Below, piece by piece: positions 7,615-18,154 of a stretch of DNA of 20,000 bases. Location: the IMG/VR virus record IMGVR_UViG_3300029317_000049. One strand, given 5' to 3'. Numbering within the stretch: position 1 is the stretch's first letter; each line of letters starts with the position of its first letter. Below the pieces are notes generated by a model. That model searched no databases. It was given only the letters and a program-made list of their open reading frames with translations, and was not told the DNA's origin. This DNA is from an uncultured virus (IMG/VR IMGVR_UViG_3300029317_000049). Lineage: Duplodnaviria; Heunggongvirae; Uroviricota; Caudoviricetes. Made by a program: the position numbers and the translations under genes.

Positions 7615-10600
7615 TTTAAAACTAGGTATTGTTTTTGATGTTAAGAACGGCAGATTCAAGTCTGAAGTTAAAGAAAATACTCAAGCGTTCGATAAGTTCA
7701 GCGTTTCTACCGAACAAGCGTCAACAACGACCAAGCATTTTGATAAAAGCTTAGGCCTTTCAAATTTTACCTTAGCGAAAACTAATAAAGTCACTCAAGC
7801 CGTCGGTCGCGGTATAGAGATGATGAAAAAAGAGGTCAAACAAAGCGCCTCTGTTGTCAATGTGTTTGCTAAAGAAGCTCAAGGTGCGGCAACTAAAGTA
7901 AACCAGTTTGATCGTAACACTAAGCAAGTCACGCCTAAGGTTCGAAGCCTAGGTTCATCAACGCAAAAAGCAGCTGGTCAAGCCCGTCAGTTTAATGCCG
8001 CCATTGACGACACCAATACCAAGTTATTTAAAACCAATAAAGTTGCCACAGGTGTTAAAAACGCTATTGCGGGTCTAGCAGCTGGTTTTGGTGCCATTCA
8101 ACTTGGCAAAGGCTTAGTAACCGAACTCGCTGCCTTTCAAGACATTCGTACCCGTTTACAAGGTCTTTCTACCGATGCATCAGATTATGCCGATAAAGAA
8201 CGCTGGTTAATTGATTTAGCTACCGAACATCATAAAGAATTAAACGGCCTAGCTGATGGTTATAGTCGCTTATCGACATTAACCCAAGAAAAAATCATCA
8301 CTGATGGCCAAGCCAGAGACATGCTGGAGGGCTTATCAAATGCAGCGGCACAAAATGGTGCTGGAACGGCTGATTTAGAGCGAGTTTATTACGGTTTAGC
8401 CCAAGCACTTGGCCAAGGCGTAGTGCAAATGCAAGAAGTTAATCAGGTGGTTGAACCCTTACCAGGCTTAATGACTAAATTAGCTCGTGCTGCAGGTGAA
8501 GAGACTGGCGCAGGATTTAAAGCCCTTATTGCTTCAGGCACCATAACCTCTGAAGTGTTCGGCACTTTATTAGTTAAAGCGTTAAGCGAATACGATGGCG
8601 CTGCCGCTAAAACCGCAGATAACATTAATGCCAAATACCGTGACATTAAACTTGAATATCAATTATTAGCCGTTGAATTAGAACAACCAATTAATGGTGC
8701 CTTATTGCCAACGCTTGATGGTTTAGCTTCGGGGCTATCATTCCTTAAAGACCATGCGACAGCTGTTATTACCATTTTACAAGGGGGTCTTGTTATTGCT
8801 GCTGGTCATGCGACCACCGCAATTATAGCGAAAACATCGGCTACCGCTAAAAGCATCATTGCTGCACGTATTAGTACGCGAGCATCAAGGCTACAGGCAC
8901 AAAGTGAGTACAATTTAGCAGTGGCTTACAAAGCATCTGCTGTAGGTAGTGTACAAAATTCACTTGCAGACAAACGATTAATTGCCAGTAAAACGGTATT
9001 AACTGCTGCAACGAATAAAGCAAACTTCGCCCTTAGAGCGGGTGGTGGTGCGATGGCATTACTTGGCGGTCCAGTGGGTGTTGCTATGTTAGCGGCTTTT
9101 GCTGTTGGCACTTATGCCATGAGCGCTGCTGATGGCGCGAGAGAGAGTACCAACTTAGCCAATAAAGTCAGCTTAGCGAATAAAAAACTGACCGAATTAA
9201 CTACTAAACAATTACGCTTAAGATTGTTCGAACTTGAAAATGATCCCGCGGCAGAAATTGACAAAGTTCGCTTAAAAGCCCTTAAAGCCCAAGAAGAATA
9301 TAATAAGGTTCAAGCAGCGCGTGGTTTTAAAAATCCTAATAAAGAATCTGAAAAAACAGTATTGAATCGTGATGTTGAAATTGAAGCATTAGAACTTAAG
9401 CTATCAAAAATAACCACCTTAAAATCCAAAATAGAGACATTACTAGCCAAGCCATCAGAAGGACAAAAGCCAGAAGCACCCACTACCCAAAGCGGCAAAG
9501 TATTAGACGTATTTAAAGACCAAGAAGCCGCTTTTAAAAGACAGCTGAGTTTACTCGGTAAAACCACAGAATTGGCCAAAGCCGAGTATGAAACTCAGCT
9601 AGGTAAGTACAAAGACTTACTCCCAGGTCAAAAAGAAACGATCGTTAATTTGGCTAAAGAAGTTGATGCTAAAAAAGCAAGCATCGCAGCGGATAAACAA
9701 GCGCTTCAACAATCTGAACAACTTGAACAATCTGCACAAAGTTATGCCGAGACACTCCAGCGAAAATTATCTCTTTCAGGTGAAGTGACTAATGTTCAAC
9801 AACTGGCTTATGAGCTAGAGAATGGCAGTTTAATTGGCATTAACGACCAATTAAAAGAGCAATTAATGTTAAAAGCTCAGCTTGCAGATAGAGTTGAAGC
9901 CGATGCCGAAAAACAGTTGCCTTTTTGGGAGCAGATGAATGAGCACATTGCGAGTACTACTGAAAATTTTGATGTGATGTGGGGTAATTCATTTGACCGT
10001 TTTGCTCAAGGTATTGGTGATGCGACAGCAACGTCAATAATGGAAGGTCAGAGTTTTAGTGATGCCATGAAAAATATTGGTCGCTCAGTTATTAAAGAAG
10101 TAATCTCAGGCATTGTACAAATAGGTGTTAAAAAACTCGCTCTATTTGCCATTGAGAAAGTCATTAATAAAGGCACTGCTACTTCAGCAGCTATGGTGAT
10201 GTCGGCTAATGCTTCAGCAACTGCCATGCAGGCTGGTTTAGCTACTTTTGCATCTATTTCGGCTATTCCTGTTCTTGGCCCTGCTGCAGCTCCTGCTGCC
10301 ATGACGGCAGCATTAGCGGTGGCAGGCCCTATGGCTGGTGCTATTACCGCTGCTTCAGCAGGTATGGCAGGCATGGCTCACGATGGTATTGACGAAATCC
10401 CTCGCGAAGGTACCTGGTTACTTGATAAAGGTGAACGCGTAGTTGATAGCCGCACCAACCAAGATTTGAAACAAGCTTTAAAATCTGGAAACAACTTAGG
10501 CGGCTCAAAGGTCACGGTAAACCTTATCGAAGATGCGTCGAAAGCTGGCCAAGTTTCGCAAAGCAAAGGCTTAAACAATGAAGACGTTATCCGCATTTTT

Positions 10601-10678
10601 GTCGCTGATATTCGTCAAGGTGGTGATAGCGCCGACGCTGTAGAAATGACCTATGGACTACAAAGGGCGGGAACGTAA
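7607..10678 (+). CDS. Tail tape measure protein (start 7604 or 7607)
   Basis: About 1024 aa, Ala-rich helical; tape-measure core (LxQALxxGxxxxxExNQ), LGGPVG hydrophobic stretch, C-terminal GMAHDGIDxxPREGTWLLDKGERV. Confidence 0.95.
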   Translation: MTDLKLGIVFDVKNGRFKSEVKENTQAFDKFSVSTEQASTTTKHFDKSLGLSNFTLAKTNKVTQAVGRGIEMMKKEVKQSASVVNVFAKEAQGAATKVNQFDRNTKQVTPKVRSLGSSTQKAAGQARQFNAAIDDTNTKLFKTNKVATGVKNAIAGLAAGFGAIQLGKGLVTELAAFQDIRTRLQGLSTDASDYADKERWLIDLATEHHKELNGLADGYSRLSTLTQEKIITDGQARDMLEGLSNAAAQNGAGTADLERVYYGLAQALGQGVVQMQEVNQVVEPLPGLMTKLARAAGEETGAGFKALIASGTITSEVFGTLLVKALSEYDGAAAKTADNINAKYRDIKLEYQLLAVELEQPINGALLPTLDGLASGLSFLKDHATAVITILQGGLVIAAGHATTAIIAKTSATAKSIIAARISTRASRLQAQSEYNLAVAYKASAVGSVQNSLADKRLIASKTVLTAATNKANFALRAGGGAMALLGGPVGVAMLAAFAVGTYAMSAADGARESTNLANKVSLANKKLTELTTKQLRLRLFELENDPAAEIDKVRLKALKAQEEYNKVQAARGFKNPNKESEKTVLNRDVEIEALELKLSKITTLKSKIETLLAKPSEGQKPEAPTTQSGKVLDVFKDQEAAFKRQLSLLGKTTELAKAEYETQLGKYKDLLPGQKETIVNLAKEVDAKKASIAADKQALQQSEQLEQSAQSYAETLQRKLSLSGEVTNVQQLAYELENGSLIGINDQLKEQLMLKAQLADRVEADAEKQLPFWEQMNEHIASTTENFDVMWGNSFDRFAQGIGDATATSIMEGQSFSDAMKNIGRSVIKEVISGIVQIGVKKLALFAIEKVINKGTATSAAMVMSANASATAMQAGLATFASISAIPVLGPAAAPAAMTAALAVAGPMAGAITAASAGMAGMAHDGIDEIPREGTWLLDKGERVVDSRTNQDLKQALKSGNNLGGSKVTVNLIEDASKAGQVSQSKGLNNEDVIRIFVADIRQGGDSADAVEMTYGLQRAGT

Positions 10679-11155
10679 ATGTCACAATTAATATTAATTA
10701 AATACCCAAGTAACTTACCTTCTCCTTTATTAAGTACACATAGCTTAAAGCAGCAATCAAACCTACTACGGACAAAAATGGACTCAGGCCACGCCAGAGT
10801 TCGCCGTCGTTTTAAATCAGTACCCACCATTATGGCTGCTAGTTGGCGCTGTAAAGCAGAAGAAGCGGCAGTCTTTGAAGGATTTATTACCCACGCTTTG
10901 GGCGGTGGTGTTTCTCGCTTTTTAATGAATGTATTAACCCCACTTGGCGTGATTGAACATGAGGTTAGATTTATTACTAGCCCGTTAGAAGACTACCAAC
11001 CCATTAGCGCCACTTGGTGGGAGTACAAAGCAAAAATTGAAATTAAACGCGTAGTGCTTAATGAAGAGCAAACCGCAAGCGCGTTATTAACGCCACAAAC
11101 AACAGCCCAATTCACCGACGGCGTAAAAGCGTCGATTGAAAGTTATCAGGAGTAA
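10679..11155 (+). CDS. Distal tail (Dit, gpM-like) protein
   Basis: Follows tape measure; YPxxLPxP, RTxMxSGxARxRRRF, FxxF...GxxxF motifs. Confidence 0.8.
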   Translation: MSQLILIKYPSNLPSPLLSTHSLKQQSNLLRTKMDSGHARVRRRFKSVPTIMAASWRCKAEEAAVFEGFITHALGGGVSRFLMNVLTPLGVIEHEVRFITSPLEDYQPISATWWEYKAKIEIKRVVLNEEQTASALLTPQTTAQFTDGVKASIESYQE

Positions 11156-11161
11156 AAGAGA

Positions 11162-14100
11162 ATGTCAGATTTTTTTGATTTGGTGGCAAGCTTACAAGCA
11201 AGCGTTGACGATTTAGACAGTATTGTCTCGGGTGGCGATACTGAAACGGTGAGTGTTAATGGCGTGAGTAAGGACACTATCTCCAAAGCAATCAAAGATA
11301 AATTTACAGAATTGCTGACAGGTCAGCGTAGCGGCGTTATTAGTTTTACTACCTATGCCTTATTAGATGCGTATACACCAACAATCGAGCAACGAACGGC
11401 CTCATTCAAAGTATCTAACGATACCAATACCTCACTTAACGGTTTTTACCATTGGGTAAGCGGTACTGCTTATGTTAAAGATGAAGATTTAGCTAATGGA
11501 GTTGTTGTGTCTGACAACCTCGATGCAACAAGTGGTGATACTGTATTTACTGCAATAAATAACAGTGAAAGATCGATAGGTATTTTCGCAACAAATTTAA
11601 TGAATAACGGTATCTTTCAAGAAGGGCATTCGGGATGGAATAGCCAACGGTGGACAAGTTTTACGGTAAATGGGGTGTTTATAGGCGAGTCGAGTGGTGT
11701 TGGTTCGTGGTCATATACTCGAAGATACCCACCAATGAGCATCGGAAATCATTACTACTATAGTTATCACATACACACATCAAGAGCGTTGGAAGCTAGA
11801 GTTATTATACAAGGTGCTGAGGATTTACAGGCTATTGATGCGGGTATTTGGACTAGGGTGTCAGGTATTGTGGTTGGCACTAGTGCCACAGGTCAGGCTT
11901 TATTTGGGGCGTACGGTACAGCAGCAGGCGATATTATTAAAATGGATAATATCGTGTTACTCGATTTAACCGCTACCTTTGGCGTGGGTGTTGAGCCTAG
12001 TGTATTAGAAGTTGATACGCTAATGAAAGCATACCAAAATCATTACTTTGATGGTGATGCATCGTTGGTGAATAGTAAAAGTATCATGCCACTCAATGAT
12101 ATTAATCGAACTAACTCGATTAATATCACTAAACTAATACCGTTAGCCTCTGGATATTATGACAGTGGCAGTGCCAGGTTGGCAGTGCCACAAAATTTGA
12201 GAGTGGGCGGTATCAGTGTTTCATACCAAACATGCTTGAACCAATGGCGAGAAGATAGATTTATTTCAAATGACACCGCAAACTGGGATATGGCAAAATA
12301 CTGGTTAAGCGAAATAAATAACGTAGACTTATATAAACAAAACACAGGTTACGGTGTAGTAGGCTCAGGCCTATACGTTGACTTGGGTACTGAAATTATT
12401 GAGTCTTATTCGGGAGATGTGTACTTTGAATTTGTCATGAAAGCATCATCTAATAATCCAACACCTGATTTAACACAGTTATATGGTGTTGGACTAACTT
12501 CACCATCATCTTTTAAAACTTATCTAAGACGAAGATTTGCCTCACGGTTTGAATTTACAGTATATGACAGCAACGGCACTAGACATATTGCACAAATGGA
12601 TACTGAAGTTGATAAACCAACTCACATGATTATTTTTATTGTTGGGGAAGTGCTTACTTATTGTGTTAATGGCGTGATAATCGGTACCATGCCGATAGTC
12701 GGGGGCATGAAAGAATACCCAGGCCAATCGGCATGGTTAAGAACACTAGAAAGTACCTACTTATTTAGAGTGGGGAGCACTACCAACATAAACCCAGAAG
12801 AACGCTTTAACAACGGTAAACCATTGGAGTACGTTGCTACAGATGCCATTTATGAAACTAAAACAGACGGTATTAATCCTGAATATTTAAAGGATAATGT
12901 CAGTAAATTATATTTAGATTATATTGATGCAAGCGCTACGTTAATCACTGAAAACCCATACCCTAATGAGGTTATAGGCTCAGGCCCACCGAGTATTATT
13001 CCTCAGTTTATCAGGCAACGTTATTTCGACACCTTATCGAAGGTAGAGCACATAGCCTTTGGCCGTGGTACTTTAGCCGATTGGTATTCATTAAGCACAT
13101 CGAGAGAAGTCGATAACAAACAGGAAATACTTGTATCAGGCGCTAATATCAAGACGATTAACAATGTGTCTGTTCTCGGTGGAGGTAATCTTACAGTCGG
13201 TGATGGTGGTGTGTCAGTTGAAACCAAGGAAGCCGAAAATGTCACCGCTTACGGCGCGGTAGGTAATGGCATTGTCAACGATACCGTAGCTATTAAAGCG
13301 GCACAGGCAGTAGCAAAAGTGAGTGGTGTCCCCGTAGTATTCCCCGGTAATAAAGAATACCTTATTACTGAGGGGTTAATTCTGGAAAACGGTATGGAGC
13401 TACTTGCGTTTAGTGGCGCTAAACTTAAAAGACCTGTGCCGGTTACTCAATATTTAGCGGCTGATATGGTTATTGGGCAAACTTTTGCCATTGTTTCTAA
13501 CGGCTCTGCCTATGCTGTAGGTGTTGAGTTGGCAATACTCAAGCTAATTAGTGGCGGCGTAACTCACGGAATAATTAATGATATTGTCGGCAATACTTTA
13601 TATTTTACACCGCGGCCTGGCTATTCTGGTGCTGTTGCAAATCACAAAGTCGCAGAAGGTGCGATGGTAACAACTGCTTTTTCGATGGTTACGACAAACA
13701 AAACAGTCGACACAGTAAACAATATTGTTGATGGTTTCAGTTTTGTTACTCAATCACAACCATCTGATCCTGATTATTATTTTTTAGCTATTATTCACTT
13801 TAATGCTGAAAGTGCCAATGCAACCATTCAGAATAATAAAATAGATGGCTCAGGCTCAGATGGTATATCACTGCAATGTCGTGACCGTATGATATTTAGG
13901 AATAATGAATTAACTGACATTAACACTAATGCAATACATTTTGGCTCAACCGGTACTGAAATTATCATTGATGATAACAAAATAACGAGAGCAGGTCGAA
14001 ACGGCGTATTTCATTGCTACAATAACGACAGGGTTACCATTACTAATAATCATTTTACTGAGTGTAAGTGGGGTGTTGCTGAAATGGATTCGCAAGACTT

Positions 14101-14611
14101 TCTTGGTGATAGGAACTCAATTATTGCTCACAACACTTTTGAAAATTGTGAGTTGGGTATAGGTATCAATGGTGGTTACGGTATAACAATTGACACTAAT
14201 ATATTCACAAAAATGGAATTAAACGCGAGAGGTGTAGAAATATCAAGTTCGTATAAAGGTGCTGTAAATGTAAAAGGTAATACTTTTTCTGAGTTTAAGG
14301 CTAACTATGTTGGTGATTGTATTACAGTTAATGATGCTGCGAACTGTAATATTAACGGCAACATAATTAGTGAATTTGTCGGCTCGGGTATACCTATTCA
14401 TTTACAAGATACTAATGGCCAGTGTGACCGCATTATGGTTAGTGGAAATAATATTGAAAGTTCGGGATTGATTGGTATTAAAGCATCAAACACGTTGAAC
14501 TGTATGATTTCCCCTAACATCATAAAAGTAGCCACAGGCGGTACACCTGTATTATTAACAGGAACAAACTCAGGCTTGGTAGATTTGGGTAGTGTAAAAG
14601 TAAACTCTTAA
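11162..14611 (+). CDS. Multi-domain tailspike / receptor-binding protein with C-terminal right-handed beta-helix (putative polysaccharide depolymerase)
   Basis: NVTAYGAVGNGIVNDTVAIKAA (13238-13303) pectate-lyase-3-type start; repeated IxxNxI/F beta-helix rungs to the C-terminus; upstream NLMNNGxF..GW..DNIVL carbohydrate-binding-module pattern. Confidence 0.8.
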   Translation: MSDFFDLVASLQASVDDLDSIVSGGDTETVSVNGVSKDTISKAIKDKFTELLTGQRSGVISFTTYALLDAYTPTIEQRTASFKVSNDTNTSLNGFYHWVSGTAYVKDEDLANGVVVSDNLDATSGDTVFTAINNSERSIGIFATNLMNNGIFQEGHSGWNSQRWTSFTVNGVFIGESSGVGSWSYTRRYPPMSIGNHYYYSYHIHTSRALEARVIIQGAEDLQAIDAGIWTRVSGIVVGTSATGQALFGAYGTAAGDIIKMDNIVLLDLTATFGVGVEPSVLEVDTLMKAYQNHYFDGDASLVNSKSIMPLNDINRTNSINITKLIPLASGYYDSGSARLAVPQNLRVGGISVSYQTCLNQWREDRFISNDTANWDMAKYWLSEINNVDLYKQNTGYGVVGSGLYVDLGTEIIESYSGDVYFEFVMKASSNNPTPDLTQLYGVGLTSPSSFKTYLRRRFASRFEFTVYDSNGTRHIAQMDTEVDKPTHMIIFIVGEVLTYCVNGVIIGTMPIVGGMKEYPGQSAWLRTLESTYLFRVGSTTNINPEERFNNGKPLEYVATDAIYETKTDGINPEYLKDNVSKLYLDYIDASATLITENPYPNEVIGSGPPSIIPQFIRQRYFDTLSKVEHIAFGRGTLADWYSLSTSREVDNKQEILVSGANIKTINNVSVLGGGNLTVGDGGVSVETKEAENVTAYGAVGNGIVNDTVAIKAAQAVAKVSGVPVVFPGNKEYLITEGLILENGMELLAFSGAKLKRPVPVTQYLAADMVIGQTFAIVSNGSAYAVGVELAILKLISGGVTHGIINDIVGNTLYFTPRPGYSGAVANHKVAEGAMVTTAFSMVTTNKTVDTVNNIVDGFSFVTQSQPSDPDYYFLAIIHFNAESANATIQNNKIDGSGSDGISLQCRDRMIFRNNELTDINTNAIHFGSTGTEIIIDDNKITRAGRNGVFHCYNNDRVTITNNHFTECKWGVAEMDSQDFLGDRNSIIAHNTFENCELGIGINGGYGITIDTNIFTKMELNARGVEISSSYKGAVNVKGNTFSEFKANYVGDCITVNDAANCNINGNIISEFVGSGIPIHLQDTNGQCDRIMVSGNNIESSGLIGIKASNTLNCMISPNIIKVATGGTPVLLTGTNSGLVDLGSVKVNS

Positions 14612-14661
14612 TGTTATATCTTTTATCGTACACAAAATAACGCAATTCATAAGGTTTTAAC

Positions 14662-15174
14662 ATGAGTAATGTACTTCAAACCCTTTACGCCTCTGCCCCA
14701 GTAAATGATTTAATCATTCACACATTGGAGCTAAAAAACCCTGATTTTAACGTTGAGGGACATGTTGTCGGCTCGGTTCATTTAGTGCAAGGTTTTGATG
14801 ATGTGACCGCCACGTTGGAAGATGCTACGAGCGCCACATTTAAATCGTCAGGGTTTGGTGTGTCATTGCCGCAAAAATCAATTAAAGGTCGTCAAGATTT
14901 AAACTTTTCAATTGATAATGTCACCGGTGAAGTGCTTAAAGCCATTGATGCCGCCATTGAGGGAGGTAATAAAATCATTGTTATTTATCGCGCTTATGCG
15001 GGCAGTGACTTAAGCGCACCAGGGCAACCCCCCATCGTTATGACAGCAACAGCAATTAAAGCGGATTTTTCTTCCGTTAGTATTAGTGCAAGCTTTCATG
15101 ATTTAGTGAATAAAGCATGGCCGTTTCGTCGTTATACGCCCAACTTTGCACCGGGGCTTAAATATTATGGTTAA
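14662..15174 (+). CDS. DUF1833-like minor tail protein (gpL equivalent)
   Basis: LxxLYASAP, QDLxFxIDNV, YRxYxxxDLxxP, WPxxRYTxxFAPGLKY motifs. Confidence 0.85.
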   Translation: MSNVLQTLYASAPVNDLIIHTLELKNPDFNVEGHVVGSVHLVQGFDDVTATLEDATSATFKSSGFGVSLPQKSIKGRQDLNFSIDNVTGEVLKAIDAAIEGGNKIIVIYRAYAGSDLSAPGQPPIVMTATAIKADFSSVSISASFHDLVNKAWPFRRYTPNFAPGLKYYG

Positions 15175-15604
15175 TGTTGTTAATAATGTAGTTAACAATA
15201 GTTTTGTTAGCCAACATTGGGCGGATAGTTACTTAACTATCCCTTATGTTGATGGTGGACGCGATCCTGTTATTGGTCTTGATTGTTGGGGCTTAGTGCG
15301 CGATGTATTGTACCAACATTTCAAATTACCTTTGTTAAAGGACTTTGGCGGTATTCATGCAGATGACAAAGCCAGTATGACGCGTGCTTATCGTCACCTT
15401 AAAAACGCCTTTTCGCCTTGTAATCCAATAGAGGGGGCTATTGCGGCGGGGTTCAATGGTGACGCGTTAATTCATGTAGGCGTAGTTGTTGAAATTAACG
15501 GCTTGCATGTACTCCATACCAGCTCGAAGCATGGCATGAGTAAATGCAGTGTGCGCCGTTTTAATCGTTTATTCTCAAAAGTGAAATATTATGCTTACAA
15601 GTGA
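15167..15604 (+). CDS. NlpC/P60-family tail-tip protein (gpK equivalent)
   Basis: PYxxGGR, GLDCWGLV (catalytic Cys), HVGVV, LH; ATG 15167 overlaps the end of the upstream gene. Confidence 0.85.
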   Translation: MVNVVNNVVNNSFVSQHWADSYLTIPYVDGGRDPVIGLDCWGLVRDVLYQHFKLPLLKDFGGIHADDKASMTRAYRHLKNAFSPCNPIEGAIAAGFNGDALIHVGVVVEINGLHVLHTSSKHGMSKCSVRRFNRLFSKVKYYAYK

Positions 15605-18095
15605 AACCACAATATTAAAAAAAACTGTTAAACCGCAAATATTGGTTTTCCCAAACAAGTTGGATAATGAACTTTTTGAAACAAATAGTGGTGAAGTTGG
15701 GCAAACATTGCATAGCTGGTTAATTGATAACGTGCCTGCCTATATTGTGCAAGCAGTGCCATTATTTAGCGCTACGTTAAATAACCAGGCATTTGAGCAG
15801 ACGCAATGGACGTCATATCAATTAAAATGCGGTGATACGTTAGCGTTAACGGTTGAAGCTAAAGGTTTAGTCATTTCCATGGCCATCATTGCCGTTATTG
15901 CCGTTGGTGCGGCAGTGTATATGTCAAGTCAAATACCCGACAATTACAACAGCACAACGCCTGATGGCTCCTCTATTTATGATTCAAATGTACAAGGGAA
16001 TAGACCACGTTTAATGGGGGTTATTCCTGAATTAGCCGGAAGACATAAAATATTCCCCGACCATTTAAACATGCCACGACGTGAATTCATTGATAACGAA
16101 CAATGGGTTTTCTTAATGTTAGCTGTGGGTGTTGGTGAGCATGAACTGAATGCAAATGAAATTTTTATAGGCGATACACCTGTTATAAATTATGCAGGTG
16201 ATATTTTTTATGACATATTCCCACCAGGCGTAGATGTCACTAGCCATGAAGCCTTTAGAAATGTTTATACCAGTGCAGAGGTTGGTAGCACGTCGGGAAC
16301 AGCTGGGATTGAATTGAAAGGCATAGTCTCAACCACCGGCGAAGGCTTTATTTGGACGTTTAATGGCAATACTATTACATGTTATAAAAAGCACAGTATA
16401 CGCGGCTTAACTATGTTAAGAACCGAAACGTTCCCTTTTCCCGCAGGTAACATGATTACTATTACGGAAAGCGCCGCTAATAATGGCGACTATCGCGTAG
16501 TATCTGATGATGATTATAACGCCACGCTGCAAAAAGTAGATGCGCAAGGTGATGATGATAATTCGTGGACGTCATTTACTACCGCCTCTAAAGTTACTGC
16601 GGTAATAAATGTTTCGGCGGGTGTAGGTGATGGCGAGTATAACGGCCCTTTTTATTCATGCCCTAAAAACGAAACCACTAACACTATTTGGTTAGATTTT
16701 AAGTTGCCGCAAGGGTTAGGGGAAATATCAGACGAGGGTGATTTTTTAAGTCGAACTGTTAACATAAACATTCAATACCGAAAAGAAGGTGATATAGCGT
16801 GGACTGATATACCGTATTCCTTTACTAATTCAACCAATGACGAATTAGCTGAAACACTAAAAATTGATTTACCCAGTGCTATTCGCCCCGAAGTGCAGAT
16901 AAAACGTGCTACAGGCGCAGAAGATGACACCCGTATTTATGACAAAGTTGAATGGACAGCGCTCAAGTCAGAATTAGATAGCGCCACCAGTTATGTAGAC
17001 GTCACAACAATAGCGATTAAAGTTCGCGGCACTAATTCGTTATCAAACTCATCTGAGAATAAATTCAATGTAATTGCTACCCGTAAACTACCTATTTATA
17101 TCGGTGGTGAGCAAAATGGCGGATGGACAGCGCCCCAAGCAACCACAGACATTGCCCCATTTTTCGCCCATGTTATTAAAGATGTAGGGCATAGTGATCA
17201 GCAAATAGGGCTTGATGAAGTATCACGTTTACATAGTGTGTGGCAGGGCCGCAACGATGAATTTAACGCGGTCTTTGATAATGACAGCACCTTGTTTAAT
17301 GTCTTAAAAAGAGTGTTGTCGGCAGGCTTTGCTGAGCCAACACTCGACTATGGGCAAATAATCCCCGTACGTGACGAGCCGCGTACGGGCTTTGATTACA
17401 TGTATCAGCCTGAGAACATGAAAACCCCGCTTAAGCGTGAAACAAAACTGTTTGACCCCGACGAGCCTGACGGTATTGAAGTCGAATATTTTAGTCATAT
17501 AACCTGGAAACCTGAAACCGTACTTTGTTTGCTGGGTGATGAATTAGGCATTAAACCTAAAAAAGTGCGTGCTTTTGGTATCACCAATAAAGCTAAAGCG
17601 TGGCAATTCGGTATGCGTAAACGCCGAGAAATACGTTATCGCCGCACTAAATATAATTTCACCACTGAAATGGATGCGCTTAACAGTAGTTATTTAAGTT
17701 ATGACGCATTGGCCGACGACATACCAGGTTATTCGCAAACGGGTAAAGTGATTGGTGTTAAGGGTAGAGAACTTGCACTAAGTGAGCCGCTTGAATGGAA
17801 CAGTGGGACACATTTTATATCACTACGAAAACCCGATGGTACGTTATCAGGACCCTATATTTGCACCGTGAATAGTGTTGAAGACAGCGTACTACTAACA
17901 ACCGACTTAGACTTTACCCCAGATTGTTCGGGCCGGATGGAATTATCAATCTTTCAATTTGGTGTGGCTAATAGATGGTGTTTACCTGCGCTAATCATGG
18001 ACATTAAACCCAGTGGCACAGAGAAAGTGAGCGTAACAGCCGTTAATTATGATGCTCGGGTTTATGCGGATGATGATAATTCGCCGCCTGTGTAA
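15591..18095 (+). CDS. TipJ-like central tail hub / host specificity protein (with N-terminal gpI-like part)
   Basis: GNxxRLxxxIPExxGxxxIFPD, GPF, ATRKLP, RDEPRT, DGIEVEY, C-terminal AVNYDxRVYADDD. Confidence 0.88.
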   Translation: MLTSETTILKKTVKPQILVFPNKLDNELFETNSGEVGQTLHSWLIDNVPAYIVQAVPLFSATLNNQAFEQTQWTSYQLKCGDTLALTVEAKGLVISMAIIAVIAVGAAVYMSSQIPDNYNSTTPDGSSIYDSNVQGNRPRLMGVIPELAGRHKIFPDHLNMPRREFIDNEQWVFLMLAVGVGEHELNANEIFIGDTPVINYAGDIFYDIFPPGVDVTSHEAFRNVYTSAEVGSTSGTAGIELKGIVSTTGEGFIWTFNGNTITCYKKHSIRGLTMLRTETFPFPAGNMITITESAANNGDYRVVSDDDYNATLQKVDAQGDDDNSWTSFTTASKVTAVINVSAGVGDGEYNGPFYSCPKNETTNTIWLDFKLPQGLGEISDEGDFLSRTVNINIQYRKEGDIAWTDIPYSFTNSTNDELAETLKIDLPSAIRPEVQIKRATGAEDDTRIYDKVEWTALKSELDSATSYVDVTTIAIKVRGTNSLSNSSENKFNVIATRKLPIYIGGEQNGGWTAPQATTDIAPFFAHVIKDVGHSDQQIGLDEVSRLHSVWQGRNDEFNAVFDNDSTLFNVLKRVLSAGFAEPTLDYGQIIPVRDEPRTGFDYMYQPENMKTPLKRETKLFDPDEPDGIEVEYFSHITWKPETVLCLLGDELGIKPKKVRAFGITNKAKAWQFGMRKRREIRYRRTKYNFTTEMDALNSSYLSYDALADDIPGYSQTGKVIGVKGRELALSEPLEWNSGTHFISLRKPDGTLSGPYICTVNSVEDSVLLTTDLDFTPDCSGRMELSIFQFGVANRWCLPALIMDIKPSGTEKVSVTAVNYDARVYADDDNSPPV

Positions 18096-18154
18096 TGGCG
18101 TAATAAATACAATGTATTTACTAAGTAAGTATTAAATAACTCTTTGGAGGGTTT

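Noticed and set aside
7720..8060. Weak internal duplication in the tape measure N-terminus (F...N..L.KTNKV twice)
   Set aside because: Degenerate repeats are normal for tape measure proteins.
15146..15166. TTG 15146 as the start of the NlpC/P60 gene, and the VNVVNNVVNN mini-repeat after it
   Set aside because: ATG 15167 overlapping the upstream gene end is more plausible; the 12-bp duplication is too short to imply a function.
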